The notes under the pieces were generated by a model. That model was not told the DNA's origin and did no database searches. It saw only the letters and a list, made by a program, of their open reading frames with translations. From the human T2T-CHM13v2.0 reference genome, Homo sapiens, in the NCBI RefSeq assembly GCF_009914755.1, contig NC_060933.1: 64,000 nt of DNA; one strand, given 5' to 3'. Position 1 is the first letter of the stretch; each line of letters begins with the position of its first letter. The position numbers were made by a program, and so were the translations under genes. Shown piece by piece: positions 61,229 to 64,000 of this stretch.

Positions 61229-61569
61229 CATGAAAAACTTGTGCTTGCATAAAACAAAAATTCTAATTTTCGCTTGAAAGCTTGAATTTTATATTTATCA
61301 CTTAAGTTTTTCCTGTTGAAATAAGCTAGTTTTTTCCTTTTAAATAAAATGTTTGTCAATATCCTATTCTGAATAGCCATAGTTTAACAGACACTCTTTC
61401 AAGTAAAAAATGGTGCTCTGTGAAAAACTCGGCTAATTGACCTCACAACTCAAACAATCACACAAGTGCTCTTCCTCAAGAAAACCGTCATATGTCTGTA
61501 TACAGTAGAAGTGCTTTATGTGTACTTCTGATTTCATCATATAGAATATTAAAAATATGTATAGTTAAT

Positions 61570-62930
61570 AACTCAATTAAAAAGCGGGTAAAATTCCTTA
61601 ACAGACACCTCACCTAAGAAGATATACAAGTGGCAAATAAACATATGAAAAATGCTCAACATCATGTCATTAGAGAATTGCAATTTGAAACAATGTGATA
61701 TCACTACGTATCTATTAGAATGGCCAAAATCCAAAACACTGACAACACAAAATGCTGCCAAGAATTTGGAGAAACAGGAACTCTCATTTGTTGCTGGTGG
61801 AAATGCAAAATGGTACAATGACTTTGAAAGACAGTTGGGCAATTTCTTACTGAACTATTAAACAGAGTAGTTTTAGTAAAACTAAACATACTCTTACCAT
61901 ATGATCTAATTATTCAGCTTCTTGGTATTTACTCAAATGGATTGAAAACATATCCACACAAAAACCTGCACATGAATGTTTATAGCAGCTTTATTCATAT
62001 TTGCTAAAACTTAGAAGCTGTAAAGAAGTCTTTCAGTAGGAGAACAGATAAATAAACTGTGACACATCCAGACAATGGAGTATCATTCAGAGATAAAAAA
62101 ACAAATGAGCTATCAAACCATGAAGAAACATGGAGGAAACGTAAGTGCATATTACTGAGTGAAAAAACCCAATCTGAAATGGCTATATAATATATGATTC
62201 CAACATATGATGCTCTGGAAAAAGCAAAACTATGGATTTAGTAAAAAGATCAACGGCTGCCAGGGGCTTGGTGGGAGAAGGGAAGGGATGAATAGGAGTA
62301 GCATGGAATTTTTTTGTTTGTTTGTTTTTTGAGATGGAGTCTCGCTCTGTCACCCAGGCTAGAGTGCAGTGGTGTGATCTCGGCTCACTGGAAGCTCCGC
62401 CTCCGGGGTTCCTGCCATTCTCCTGCCTCAGCCTCCTGAGTAACTGGGACTACAGGCGCCCGCCACCGCGCCCAGCTAATTTTTTTGTATTTTTTTAGTA
62501 GAGACAGGGTTTCACCGTGTTAGCCAGGATGGTCTTGATCTCCTGACCCTGTGATCCGCCCGCCTTGGCCTCCCAAAGTGCTGGGATTACAGGCATGAGC
62601 CACTGCACCAAGCTGAAGCATGGGATTTTTAGGCAATGAAACTATTCTGTATGATCCTGTAATGGTGGAAACATAACAGTATAAAAAACTCATGGAACTG
62701 TACAACACCAAGAGTGAACCCTAATGTCAACTATAGACTTCAGTTAATTTTAATGTATCAATATTGTCTCATGATTGTAACAAATATACCACATGAATGT
62801 AAGATACTAATAATAGGGGCAACTGTCAGTGGGCGATAAAGAGGGTATGTGGAACTCTCTGTAAGATCTTCAAAATTTTTGGAAAAACCTAAAATTGCTC
62901 TAATAAATTAAGTCTGTTAATGAAAAAAAG
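61570..62930 (+). mobile_element. L1MB/MC 3' end with an AluY insertion (62314-62613, -)
   Basis: aaacatatgaaaaatgctcaacatca..gtacaacaccaagagtgaaccctaatgtcaact; Alu TSD agcatgg(a/g)attttt. Confidence 0.8.
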
Positions 62931-63585
62931 GTGTACATTCAGGGGCTAAGAGTTAATTAAATTAATAATTTTTATTGATTCATCAAGAATATTCTTAAGT
63001 AAAACTGGTTTCTTCTTTTTTTTTTTTTAAACTGAGTTTCTAATGGTATAAAAGACAGTAATTGTTAAGTGTAGTTTGGTGACACTGCCTTGACTCATGC
63101 TAAGGCCCCAGCAGTTTGGTCCACTATTGTTTTTGCCCCATTGGTGTAAATGTCAACACAGTAAAAAAAAAAAAAAAAGGCAAATATTATCTTCATATTA
63201 TTTTGATCCCTAGGGGTCCGTGACTCATGTTTTAAGAACTATGGGACTTTCATGTTCTTACATGCAATTTTCTTCATATTTATCATCTTTGGAAGTTTTT
63301 CATATTCTCGAATCTATAAATTTATGCTTTCACTAAGTGTGGGAAATTTTCAGTGATTATTTTATCAAATACATATATTTTTTCTATTCTCTCCTTTTTT
63401 CTTGTGGGACTTCATTAGATAAATGTTAGAATATTTGATACTGTACTCTAATCCTTGAGGCTTTGTTCTCTTTTTTCACCAATGTTTTTCTCTCTTCTTC
63501 AGCTTGGATAATTTCTACCCACCTATCTTTAAGTTCAGCAACTTATCTTTCATCTTATGCTTTTAAGTTCACCCAGAGAATTTTA

Positions 63586-63906
<321 letters not shown>

Positions 63907-63921
63907 TTAAAGAGAATTTGC

Positions 63922-64000
63922 GGCCGGGCGCGGTGGCTCACGCCTGTAATCCCAGCACTTTGGGAGGCCGAGGCGGGTGGATCATGAGGTCAGGAGATCG
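63922..64000 (+). mobile_element. CpG-rich young Alu (AluY-like), cut by the window edge
   Basis: ggccgggcgcggtggctcacgcctgtaatcccagc..gaggtcaggagatcg. Confidence 0.88.

Overview
This is a primate (human/ape-type) intronic or intergenic window made almost entirely of interspersed repeats, and I can support no host protein-coding exon. It holds three full-length, inactivated, minus-strand LINE-1s: L1-A at ~3200-9670 (L1PA7/8-like), L1-B at ~22196-28316 and L1-C at ~54829-60967 (both L1PA4 or old L1PA3, retaining the 129-bp 5'UTR segment). It also has a full-length HNRNPA1 processed pseudogene (51073-53083, minus) split by an AluY, about 30 Alus, MaLR/ERVL LTRs, DNA-transposon fossils (MADE1, MER20, MER53, MER58, Charlie1) and old L1M/L2/MIR. 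The most striking signal is that the three L1s do not look independent. L1-B and L1-C sit 32.7 kb apart in unrelated target sites, yet share non-consensus variants along their whole length, including the same ORF1 nonsense codon. L1-A and L1-B belong to different subfamilies, yet share a 142-bp perfectly identical tract containing the same frameshifting deletion. This suggests local ectopic gene conversion among neighbouring L1s. Subfamily names and consensus comparisons are from memory and need RepeatMasker/Dfam confirmation; boundaries of old repeats are approximate.
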